Below are positions 24,672 through 32,685 of a stretch of DNA of 38,963 bases, piece by piece (positions within the stretch are counted from its first letter, which is position 1; each line of letters starts with the position of its first letter). The stretch covers positions 1-38,963 of IMG/VR virus record IMGVR_UViG_3300025528_000014. The stretch is one strand, 5' to 3'. Source of the DNA: a virus. A program made the translations under genes and the position numbers. The notes beneath the pieces were generated by a model. The model was not told where the DNA came from. It saw nothing but the letters and a program-made list of their open reading frames with translations, and ran no database searches.

Positions 24672-26453
24672 ATGGACTTTGTGAAAAAGGAATGGCAGTT
24701 CCGGGATATCATCAGCGAGAACGAACTGAACCGGATGGAGGATGGGATCGAGGAAGGCATCACGAAAGCGGAGCAGGCGCAACAAACTGCAACTGACGCA
24801 CAAACTAATCTTGACAACCACGTATCTGCTATCACCGGCGTCCACGGCGCCACGTCAGCGGCAACACCGAACGCGATTGTTCAGCGGGATGCTGCGGGAC
24901 GGGCGAAGTTCGCGGCGCCTGTGGCTTCTGATGATGCGGCGCGGAAGCAGGATGTCGATGCGGTTGACAGCGCGGCCATGAAAAAGGTCGCAGACAGCGA
25001 CTTGGATATGAACGCTCGTTCCATCCGGAACTTGTTAACGCTGCACCTGAGAAACGCAACACCACTCACAATCTCCAACGGCGCCATCACCGTTACACAA
25101 ACCTATCACTCCGTCGATACGGAGGGTGGCGCTCCGACCGATGATCTCGACACGATCAATGGCGGGAACGTTGGGGATATCCTTGTACTACGGGGCGTAA
25201 CTGGCGCTCGTAAGGTAACGGTCAGACACGGAGTCGGAAATATATACACTTGTGATGGACAGGACGTTACCATTGATACAGGAAACCTGTCTATCATGAT
25301 GCTGCTTAAAATGAGTGCAACTCAATGGGTTGTGGTAGGTAATCCGGGCATTAAACGCACGGGCGACGCCATGAGGGGTCCGCTCTCTATGGGAGGGTAT
25401 CGGATTACTGATCTTGCCGCGCCGACAAATGCAAATGACGCGGCGCGGAAGGCGGAAGTGGATGCTATCACCACAGAAAAAATAAACACCACCGCGTATA
25501 GACCTGCTACAGAGGACGGTTCCACATACCCGATTGGTGTCACTTCTTTCGCCGTGACCAACGGATTGTCCGATGGGTGGCCGCAAGATGCGGGGGTTGT
25601 ATCGACGACCAGACTTTCTGACTATCGGTGCCTTCAGATTTTCATGGCATCTGCTACGGGTTCTCATAATGGCCGTGTTTATGTAAGGTCATGGCGTATT
25701 GATATTGGATGGAGTAACTGGCGCCGTCAATGGGACGACCGAGAAATGGGGGCAGGAAGCGGCCTCGACGCGGACCTGTTGCACGGTAGACAACCCAGCA
25801 CGTCTGCAACGGCAAATACGATTGTTCAGCGTGATTCCTCTGGACGTGCGAAGTTCGCGGCGCCTGCGGCTTCTGATGATGCGGCACGGAAGGCGGAAGT
25901 GGATGCTCACGCGAACCGCACCGACAACCCACACGCGGTCACGAAGTCGCAAGTCGGTCTTGGAAACGTGCAAAATTATGGCATCGCTTCGCAGGCTCAG
26001 GCGGAGGCCGGATCGGCTAACAACGTGTACATGACGCCGCTTCGTACAAAACAAGCGATTGACCAGTTTGTACCTATCGAAACCGGTTCGTGGACACCGG
26101 ATTTGCGATTCGGTGGGTCTAATGCAGGTATAACCTACAATTACCGAGCGGGGACGTACATCCGGATAGGAGATGTTGTGTATTGGGCAGTTAGAATAGG
26201 AATATCGTCAAAGGGAAGTGCATCGGGAGTCGCCGCGATAAACGGTCTGCCCTTTAGCGGCATCACCAGTTTCGCATTTTATCATAGTATTGGTGTTGCG
26301 AGAAATATTACCTTACCGAGTGGCCAATGGTTTTCAAGTTATATTGCGAATACGGCGATAAATTTGATGACAAACAACGGCACGAGCGTATTAACAAGCG
26401 CAGATTTTTCAAACAATAGCTCAATTGATGCAAGTGGCTTTTACTTTATTTGA
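24672..26453 (+). CDS. Tail fibre protein with internal repeats
   Basis: About 593 aa. N-terminal WQFRDIISENELNRMEDGIEEG. Repeated IVQRD..GRAKFAAP.ASDDAARK..VDA blocks. Confidence 0.8.
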   Translation: MDFVKKEWQFRDIISENELNRMEDGIEEGITKAEQAQQTATDAQTNLDNHVSAITGVHGATSAATPNAIVQRDAAGRAKFAAPVASDDAARKQDVDAVDSAAMKKVADSDLDMNARSIRNLLTLHLRNATPLTISNGAITVTQTYHSVDTEGGAPTDDLDTINGGNVGDILVLRGVTGARKVTVRHGVGNIYTCDGQDVTIDTGNLSIMMLLKMSATQWVVVGNPGIKRTGDAMRGPLSMGGYRITDLAAPTNANDAARKAEVDAITTEKINTTAYRPATEDGSTYPIGVTSFAVTNGLSDGWPQDAGVVSTTRLSDYRCLQIFMASATGSHNGRVYVRSWRIDIGWSNWRRQWDDREMGAGSGLDADLLHGRQPSTSATANTIVQRDSSGRAKFAAPAASDDAARKAEVDAHANRTDNPHAVTKSQVGLGNVQNYGIASQAQAEAGSANNVYMTPLRTKQAIDQFVPIETGSWTPDLRFGGSNAGITYNYRAGTYIRIGDVVYWAVRIGISSKGSASGVAAINGLPFSGITSFAFYHSIGVARNITLPSGQWFSSYIANTAINLMTNNGTSVLTSADFSNNSSIDASGFYFI

Positions 26454-26470
26454 TGGGAGGCATCCATTGT

Positions 26471-26770
26471 ATGACTGAAACCGTCGAAAAAATCACGTTG
26501 GACATGCTCACTCAACAAAGCGTGAGCATAAAGAAACAACAGTACGTTGAGGTCAACGGGGTTGAATATCCCATCGGCGAACCGTGGCGCCGCGCATACG
26601 TAAACAGCACGTCTGGTCGCCAGCAAGTACAGGACGAGGTGCCGGAACCGTACCGCTCCGCCATTTTCGCGGTTTGGGGCGACACACCGACAGTCACCGA
26701 TCCGATTGAACCGATCCCCGAGCAGGATGCAGGAACCGAAAACGAAGAAGGTGAGGGCTCTGCCGAATAG
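26471..26770 (+). CDS. Hypothetical protein after the fibre gene (XkdW position)
   Basis: ATG follows GGGAGG. Acidic C-terminus. Confidence 0.5.
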   Translation: MTETVEKITLDMLTQQSVSIKKQQYVEVNGVEYPIGEPWRRAYVNSTSGRQQVQDEVPEPYRSAIFAVWGDTPTVTDPIEPIPEQDAGTENEEGEGSAE

Positions 26771-26787
26771 GCGGGGCCTTATTTGTT
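26756..26787 (+). terminator. Possible terminator
   Basis: GGCTCTGCC / GAATA loop / GGCGGGGCC gives a 9-bp stem with two G-U pairs, followed by TTATTTGTT. Confidence 0.35.
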
Positions 26788-26823
26788 ATGGGAGATGGTC
26801 CGATCTCGGCCCGAAACTAGGGG

Positions 26824-27027
26824 GTGGATAACATCGAGACAGAAGTTGTGAAATATCTTGTCACGCAAGGGCCGTTCGCCGTCCTTTTCATTTGGTTGCT
26901 GATTTATGTGATGCGACTGAATGAAAAGCGAGAAATCCGTTTGCACGATATACTGGACAAGTTTTCAGAAAAATACGATGTTATTGTGGATGAACTGCGT
27001 GAGATCAAGGAGCGGATTGGACGATGA
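26824..27027 (+). CDS. BhlA/UviB-family holin-like protein
   Basis: YLVTQGPFAVLFIWLLIYVM and FSEKYDVIVDEL match my recollection of SPbeta BhlA (YLSTQGPFAVLFCWLLFYVM, FSEKYDVVIEKL). Confidence 0.75.
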   Translation: MDNIETEVVKYLVTQGPFAVLFIWLLIYVMRLNEKREIRLHDILDKFSEKYDVIVDELREIKERIGR

Positions 27028-27305
27028 AACTGATCCGCTATTCCTGTCTCGTTATTTTCTTTTGCGTGGCGGTTGTCGTGCTTCTCGGGACGTTGGATTG
27101 GATGACGAAATACATTCTGTATGTTCAGCAACGGTCTGCACTCCATGAACTGATCCGTGGCGGTCAGGAATATGAATCGGTGAAAAAAACCGTGGCATAT
27201 CTTCAAGGATCGGCAACGAGAACGTTGAATAACCTGAAAAGCACATGCCTGTATTTGGCCCCGCTTCTGGCGGCGGCCTTTTATATTTACCGAAAGGAGA
27301 GATGA
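27024..27305 (+). CDS. Membrane protein in the lysis cassette
   Basis: 93 aa with hydrophobic N-terminal (CLVIFFCVAVVVLLG) and C-terminal (LYLAPLLAAAFYIY) segments. Confidence 0.55.
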   Translation: MKLIRYSCLVIFFCVAVVVLLGTLDWMTKYILYVQQRSALHELIRGGQEYESVKKTVAYLQGSATRTLNNLKSTCLYLAPLLAAAFYIYRKER

Positions 27306-27309
27306 CATC

Positions 27310-27519
27310 ATGCTGATAAAGTGGTTGAAAGCGGCGGGCATACGAGCCGCCCGGACTGCCGCCCAAGCGGCGCTGGCGGCTATCGGCTCCGCAACAATGT
27401 TTGGCGAAGTGGATTGGCGTGTGGTGGGAAGCACCGCCCTGTTGGCGGCTATTGCAAGCATCCTTATGAGCATCACAGGCCTGCCGGAAGTCGAAAAGGA
27501 CGAAGCTGATGGGGAATGA
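27310..27519 (+). CDS. Holin (LL-H-family-like)
   Basis: AAGGAGAG RBS. RAARTAAQAALAAIGS...VDW...ALLAAIASILMSITGLPE is the typical pattern. Confidence 0.7.
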   Translation: MLIKWLKAAGIRAARTAAQAALAAIGSATMFGEVDWRVVGSTALLAAIASILMSITGLPEVEKDEADGE

Positions 27520-28043
27520 AAATCGTCATTGATGTTGCAAAAACTAAAGGAAAAATACGACGAGAGTGTCTTCATTGTAAAAAGGAATTTTACGTCTACC
27601 CTTCGCAAGCAAAGAGGGGTGGGCGTTTTTGTTCTACCAGTTGTACAACAACATATCGAAATTTAACAGATAATCCAGCAAAGCGCCTAGAAGTCAGACG
27701 TAAGATTAGCGATAATCATGCTGATGTTTCCGGGAAAAACAATCCGATGTATGGAAGAAAACCACCCAGCTACATTGATGGCCGTTCATATTTCTCGTCT
27801 TATTACAGAATGGTTGCATTAAAAGATCGACCGCCTATTTGTGAAAAATGCGGAATTGAAGTAAATAGGTATCGTTTGCATGTTCATCACATTGATCGAA
27901 ACAGAGAAAACAATGTACCTGAAAACCTTATGATATTGTGTGCAAAATGCCATTTTGATGAACACAAAGAATCGCATCTTTCAAGACCAAGAGATAGATT
28001 TGGAAGATTCACTAAGGAGGAAAAATCCAAATGCGTATTGTAA
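27516..28043 (+). CDS. HNH homing endonuclease
   Basis: Zn-finger-like CLHCKKEF...FCSTSC, then HVHHIDRNRENNVPENLMILCAKCHFDEH (HNH core). AT-rich. Confidence 0.85.
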   Translation: MKIVIDVAKTKGKIRRECLHCKKEFYVYPSQAKRGGRFCSTSCTTTYRNLTDNPAKRLEVRRKISDNHADVSGKNNPMYGRKPPSYIDGRSYFSSYYRMVALKDRPPICEKCGIEVNRYRLHVHHIDRNRENNVPENLMILCAKCHFDEHKESHLSRPRDRFGRFTKEEKSKCVL

Positions 28044-28747
28044 TAGATGCAGGACACTCTTATGACACGCCCGGAAAACGGTCCCCAGACGGATCGCTCC
28101 GGGAATATCAGTTCAACTCGGCGGTCGCCCGGTACGTCGCTGATACGCTCCTGCACGGGTATGAGGGCGTGGAAATCCTCATGACCCATGACGACAGACG
28201 GGACGTGCCGCTCAAGGAGCGCACGGACAAGGCCAATGCGTGGAAGGCTGATTTGTTCGTTTCGATCCATGCCAACGCGGCCGGCGATGGTGGCTGGAAC
28301 AGCGCACAGGGCATCGAAACCTACGTCTACACCACCCGCCCGGCGGCCGCTGTGAAGCTGGCTGAGGTTGTCCAGCGCAATCTGGTACAGACCACCGGAA
28401 GGCCGAACCGGGGCGTGAAAACCGCAAATTTCCACGTGTTGCGCGAGACGAAAATGCCCGCAATCCTCGTGGAATGCGGCTTTATGACCAACCGCGAAGA
28501 ATGCGAGCTATTGAAGTCCGACGCCTACCGCCGCAAGTGCGCGGAGGCCATCGTCGCCGGGATCGTGGAGACATATGGTCTGAAACCGAAACAGTCCGTG
28601 CAGGAGCCGGCGACCGATGAGGTGTCTGTCTGGGCACGCAAGGCGCGGAAGTGGGCGATGGAGAAGGACATCACGGACGGCACGCGGCCAAAGGATACAG
28701 TGACGCGTGAAGAGCTGTGGACGATGTTGTATCGAGCACTGAAATGA
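28031..28747 (+). CDS. N-acetylmuramoyl-L-alanine amidase endolysin (Amidase_3 type)
   Basis: MRIVIDAGHS...DLFVSIHANA...ILVECGFMTNREE is the family pattern. Confidence 0.9.
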   Translation: MRIVIDAGHSYDTPGKRSPDGSLREYQFNSAVARYVADTLLHGYEGVEILMTHDDRRDVPLKERTDKANAWKADLFVSIHANAAGDGGWNSAQGIETYVYTTRPAAAVKLAEVVQRNLVQTTGRPNRGVKTANFHVLRETKMPAILVECGFMTNREECELLKSDAYRRKCAEAIVAGIVETYGLKPKQSVQEPATDEVSVWARKARKWAMEKDITDGTRPKDTVTREELWTMLYRALK

Positions 28748-28755
28748 AACGAACC

Positions 28756-28787
28756 CCGCCCGGCCTATTGGCTGGGCGGTTTTTTTA
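28756..28787 (+). terminator. Rho-independent terminator at the end of the late operon
   Basis: CCGCCCGGCC / TATT loop / GGCTGGGCGG gives a 10-bp stem with one G-U pair, followed by TTTTTTT. Confidence 0.85.
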
Positions 28788-28800
28788 TTATTCTGCCAAA

Positions 28801-28829
28801 TTGTCATCCTCATCATAAATCTTTACAAC
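28801..28829 (+). promoter_or_regulatory. Possible second early promoter: TTGTCA, 17-nt spacer, TACAAC
   Basis: Hexamers read directly from the sequence. The -10 is weak. Confidence 0.3.
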
Positions 28830-28869
28830 GCGAATGAGCAGAAAGAAAAATCGAAAATTAAAAAAAGAG

Positions 28870-28899
28870 TTGCCAAAAGGATAATGAATGTGTTATATT
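28870..28899 (+). promoter_or_regulatory. SigA-type early promoter P3: TTGCCA, 18-nt spacer, TGTTATATT, within the GTTGCCAAAAGGATA box
   Basis: -35 at 28870..28875 and -10 at 28894..28899. A long A-rich UP-like tract lies upstream. The first gene follows at 28930. Confidence 0.7.
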
Positions 28900-28929
28900 G
28901 TACACAGCAAGCGAAAGGAGGTTACGAGA

Positions 28930-29187
28930 GTGAATGAGACGACTGCGCGGATTGAACTGAAAATCGACGCACTTCAAGACTATCTGCGGAAGAACGGCCT
29001 GACGTATGCGGAACTTTCGCGCCGGGCTGGAATCAACCGCTCGAACCTGCATCGAATCATGAATGGACAGCGCGGTCCGGGGAACGAGGTCATCGCCAAA
29101 CTGCTGAATGCCTGCGAAGGTATGCGGTTTGAGGATTTGTTCACCGTTGTGCCTGAACGTGTCCAAAAGGAAACGAATGTGAGGTGA
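28930..29187 (+). CDS. XRE-family HTH regulator (Cro-like)
   Basis: GTG follows AAAGGAGG. LTYAELSRRAGINRSNLHRIMNGQRGP is an HTH_3 pattern. Confidence 0.75.
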   Translation: MNETTARIELKIDALQDYLRKNGLTYAELSRRAGINRSNLHRIMNGQRGPGNEVIAKLLNACEGMRFEDLFTVVPERVQKETNVR

Positions 29188-29194
29188 TGGAAAC

Positions 29195-29410
29195 GTGAAG
29201 ACGGATCAACTGCCGGACATTTTGACGGCGCAGAATATTGCTGATTATCTCGGGATTTCCCGCCGCCGGGTGTACGAACTGTTCCAGATGACGCCGGAGC
29301 ATGGCGGTATTCCGAACTTCGATATTGGCTTCTCGAAACGGGTGCGGAAGGAAGATTTTCTGCTCTGGATCGAGCGGAAGGTGCAAGAAAAAAGTGGGGA
29401 GGCGGTTTGA
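29195..29410 (+). CDS. Excisionase-family (MerR/HTH_17-type) DNA-binding protein
   Basis: ILTAQNIADYLGISRRRVYELFQ is the characteristic HTH. Confidence 0.65.
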   Translation: MKTDQLPDILTAQNIADYLGISRRRVYELFQMTPEHGGIPNFDIGFSKRVRKEDFLLWIERKVQEKSGEAV

Positions 29411-29623
29411 ATGAATAGCGATGTGAATGTCGTTCGCATGAATGATGACTTGCTGAACTTTTACGCTGACTGGTACGTGGAACACAAGATGTTCTATAAG
29501 ACGGGCGAGACGTTCCTGCAATTTATCGCCCGAAAGGAACGAGAGCTTGCGAAGGGGGTGAGTGATGGTGCGTCCTATCAGCCAACTGGAAGTGTGGAAG
29601 TTGCTTGCGGTGCAAAGTCGTAA
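29411..29623 (+). CDS. Hypothetical protein
   Basis: 70-aa ORF. Its 3' end may be run-on, given the overlapping ORF at 29565. Confidence 0.45.
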   Translation: MNSDVNVVRMNDDLLNFYADWYVEHKMFYKTGETFLQFIARKERELAKGVSDGASYQPTGSVEVACGAKS

Positions 29624-29702
29624 CTGGAAGGTGATCAATATCGCCTTGCGCCACATCGAAATGCTCGCAAAAAAAGAGCAAGCCCGTCGGCTTGCTCAAT
29701 GA
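29565..29702 (+). CDS. Possible small protein (45 aa, absent from the ORF track)
   Basis: AAGGGGGTG lies 5 nt upstream. Hand-translated as MVRPISQLEVWKLLAVQSRNWKVINIALRHIEMLAKKEQARRLAQ. Confidence 0.35.
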   Translation: MVRPISQLEVWKLLAVQSRNWKVINIALRHIEMLAKKEQARRLAQ

Positions 29703-29756
29703 GGTAATGAAAATGCGCCCCTATTATATCATGCGGGGCATTGGGAGGTAAAGAAC

Positions 29757-31721
29757 GTGAAGCAGATCAAGTTGGATCAGTTGGTGTTGCGGAATTTTAA
29801 GGGCGTCCGCTCGTTCGTGCTGAATGCTGACGGCGCGGATGTGGATGTCTTCGGGGATAATGCCACCGGCAAATCGACGCTGTTTGACGGATGGAACTGG
29901 TTGCTGTTCGACAAGGACAGCGAGAACAAAAAAGATTTTGAGATTAAGACGCTGAACAGCGACGGAACTCCGATCCACAATCTCGATCACGAGGTCGAGG
30001 GTACGCTGGTTATCGACGGAAAGTCGGTCACGCTGAAAAAGGTCTACCGGGAAAAGTGGACGAAAAAGCGCGGCGCTGTCCGGGCGGAGCATACCGGGCA
30101 CACGACGGATCACTTCATCGACGGCGTGCCGGTCAAGAAGGGCGAATACGAGGCGTTTATCGCGGAGATCGCAGATGAACAGCTTTTCCGGTTGTTGACT
30201 GATCCGCGGTACTTCAATGAGCAGTTGAAGTGGCAGGACCGCCGCAAAATCCTGCTGGAGGTCTGCGGTGACGTTTCGGACGCAGACGTGATCGCGGCGC
30301 GTGCTGAACTGGCCGAACTGCCTGACATCCTGAATGGCCGAACGATTGAGCAACACCGTAAGGTTGTGCTGGCTCGCCGCAAGGAGATCAACGACGAGTT
30401 GGAGCGCATTCCGGTGCGGATCGACGAGGCCGAACGCTCGAAGCCGGACACGGAAGGACTGGACGAACAGGCGCTGATGCAGGAGATCGACGCGATTCGT
30501 GCCCGGATTGAGGAAAAGCAGACCGAACTGGCCGCTGTGCAGAATGGCGGGGCTGTCGCGGAAGCGGAACGTCGCGTGGCCGAGATCGAGACGGAACTGG
30601 TGCGGCTCAAGTCTGAGCTTCAGGGCGAATGGCTGGAGAAGATCGAAGAGCAACGGATGGCGCTGGCGAAAGCCGAAAGCGAACACCGCGCCGTCGAGAG
30701 CGAAGTCATCGGCTTAAAAGCGGGAATTGAACGTCTGCGCCGGAGCGCCGACAGCCAGCGGCAAGAGATTGAACGGTTGCGGCAGGAATGGCATCAGGTG
30801 AACAGTGAGCAATTCGTCGCGCCGGAACTGCCGGATACTTGTGCCGCCTGCGGCCAGCCGCTTCCCGCCGATCAAGTGGAGTCCGCCCGTCAGAGGGCGG
30901 AAGAAGAATTCAACCGCCGTAAGGGTGAACGGCTCGAGTCGATCAACCAGCGCGGCAAAGCGGCGAAGGCCGAGGTTGCGACTATCAGCGCCGAGATTGA
31001 ACAAGTGGAAGCTGAGATCGCAAAGTTGAACCAGAAGCTCGAACAGTTGGCCGCTATGAAGGACGAAGAAGCGCAAAAACTGGCTGAACTGCAAAAGCGC
31101 CTGAATGATGTCACTTCTGATCCTCGGTATGCCGCGAAGCAGGAAGAACTGCAACAGGCGAAGGCGGAAGTGCTGGCGCTTCGCTCCACGGCGACGACGA
31201 AACTGGATAAGATTCGGCTGGAGATTGCCCAACTGCGGAACGAACTTGCGATGCTGGAGAAGCGTCGGGCGTACTTTGATGTGATTCGCCAGCAAGAGGC
31301 ACGCATCGCAGAACTGCAAGAGCAGGAAAAGACGCTGTCCGCCGAGTTTGAACGCCTCGAACGCGAACTGTATCTGCTGGACGAGTTCACCCGTGCGAAA
31401 GTGGAACTGCTCGAATCCCGAATCAATTCGCGATTCCGACTGGCCCGCTTCAAGCTGTTTAGGGAACAGATTAACGGTGGGCTGGAGGAGACGTGCGAGG
31501 TCATGGTCGATGGTGTGCCGTATAACAGCCTCAACAACGCGGCACGGCATAACGTCGGGCTGGACATCATCGCAACGCTGGCCGAGCATTACGGGATCGC
31601 GGCGCCGATTTTTCTCGACAACGCTGAATCCGTTACCCGTCCGCTGGAGACGCCGGGGCAACAAATCCGTCTGATCGTCTCTGCGGCTGACAAACAACTT
31701 CGCGTGGAGAAACGCGGTTAA
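29757..31721 (+). CDS. Rad50/SbcC-like SMC-family ATPase with a central CxxC hook
   Basis: Walker A GDNATGKST. Long coiled coil. CAAC at 30840..30851 in mid-protein. C-terminal Walker B-like PIFLDNAES. Confidence 0.8.
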   Translation: MKQIKLDQLVLRNFKGVRSFVLNADGADVDVFGDNATGKSTLFDGWNWLLFDKDSENKKDFEIKTLNSDGTPIHNLDHEVEGTLVIDGKSVTLKKVYREKWTKKRGAVRAEHTGHTTDHFIDGVPVKKGEYEAFIAEIADEQLFRLLTDPRYFNEQLKWQDRRKILLEVCGDVSDADVIAARAELAELPDILNGRTIEQHRKVVLARRKEINDELERIPVRIDEAERSKPDTEGLDEQALMQEIDAIRARIEEKQTELAAVQNGGAVAEAERRVAEIETELVRLKSELQGEWLEKIEEQRMALAKAESEHRAVESEVIGLKAGIERLRRSADSQRQEIERLRQEWHQVNSEQFVAPELPDTCAACGQPLPADQVESARQRAEEEFNRRKGERLESINQRGKAAKAEVATISAEIEQVEAEIAKLNQKLEQLAAMKDEEAQKLAELQKRLNDVTSDPRYAAKQEELQQAKAEVLALRSTATTKLDKIRLEIAQLRNELAMLEKRRAYFDVIRQQEARIAELQEQEKTLSAEFERLERELYLLDEFTRAKVELLESRINSRFRLARFKLFREQINGGLEETCEVMVDGVPYNSLNNAARHNVGLDIIATLAEHYGIAAPIFLDNAESVTRPLETPGQQIRLIVSAADKQLRVEKRG

Positions 31722-31737
31722 GGAGGACTGATGATCA

Positions 31738-32685
31738 ATGAGCCAATCTCAAGCACAAAGTCAATTGGCGCTGATTAAGCGCGACGTGGTGGATGTGGTG
31801 GCCGAGAAGGTCAAGGAGTTCCAAAACCGCGGGGAAATCCATTTTCCCGCCAACTACAGCCCGGAGAACGCGCTCAAGTCGGCGTGGTTGATCCTGCAAA
31901 ACGTGGTTGACCGGAATAACCGACCTGCGCTTCAAGTCTGTACGAAGGATAGCATCGCAAATTCCCTGCTGGATATGGTAGTGCAGGGTCTGAACCCAGC
32001 CAAAAAGCAAGGCTACTTCATCGTCTACGGCAACCAACTGGTGTTCCAGCGCTCGTACTTCGGCACGATGGCTGTCACGAAGCGCGTGACTGGTGCTAAG
32101 GACATCTTTGCTCAGGTAGTTTACGAAGGTGATGAGTTTGAATTCGAGATTGTGCGCGGCAAGAAGAAGGTCACGAAGCATAAGCAAACGCTTAAGAGTA
32201 TGTCGAGCGGAAACATCGTAGCCGCGTACTGTATGATTATCTTCCCGGACGACAGCGAGTTTACCGAGATCATGACGTGGGACGAGATTCAGGCCGCATG
32301 GCGGAAGTCGCGCCAGAACCCGGACAAAGAGGGAAGCACGCACAAGGAGTTCCCGCAGGAGATGGCCAAACGCACGATCATCAATCGGACGTGCAAAGCC
32401 TACCTGAACAGTTCCGACGACGGAAGCTTGTTGTTCCATCATATCAACCGGGCAGATGACGCCGCCGAGGAAGCGGAGGTTATGGAAGAAATCGCCCAGA
32501 ACGCGAACAAGGAGATCATGGATGTCGATTACGAGGTTGTGGACGACAAGACCGGAGACGCGACCGAAGAACCGGCGCCGCAGGAGCCGCAACAACTGGT
32601 ACAAGAGCAATCCGCTTCGCCCGCCAGCAACGATAAAACAGCAGGTGCTGGAGCCGAACAAATAACGCTGGGGCCGGATTTTTGA
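31738..32685 (+). CDS. recT: RecT-family single-strand annealing recombinase
   Basis: SIANSLLDMVVQGLNPAKKQGYFIVYGNQLVFQRSYFG is the RecT core pattern. Confidence 0.85.
   Translation: MSQSQAQSQLALIKRDVVDVVAEKVKEFQNRGEIHFPANYSPENALKSAWLILQNVVDRNNRPALQVCTKDSIANSLLDMVVQGLNPAKKQGYFIVYGNQLVFQRSYFGTMAVTKRVTGAKDIFAQVVYEGDEFEFEIVRGKKKVTKHKQTLKSMSSGNIVAAYCMIIFPDDSEFTEIMTWDEIQAAWRKSRQNPDKEGSTHKEFPQEMAKRTIINRTCKAYLNSSDDGSLLFHHINRADDAAEEAEVMEEIAQNANKEIMDVDYEVVDDKTGDATEEPAPQEPQQLVQEQSASPASNDKTAGAGAEQITLGPDF

Noticed and set aside
27516-28043. The HNH ORF considered as part of a group I intron splitting the endolysin gene.
   Set aside because: The amidase ORF at 28031 has its own RBS, start codon and a full MRIVIDAGH N-terminus. 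The HNH ORF overlaps it directly, leaving no room for intron core structure. A free-standing homing endonuclease gene with target-site duplication fits better.
29676-29697. A perfect 9-bp hairpin (GAGCAAGCC / CGTC / GGCTTGCTC), considered as a terminator.
   Set aside because: No U-tract follows, and it lies inside the candidate small ORF at 29565..29702, just upstream of the ATPase gene. There is too little evidence for any function.
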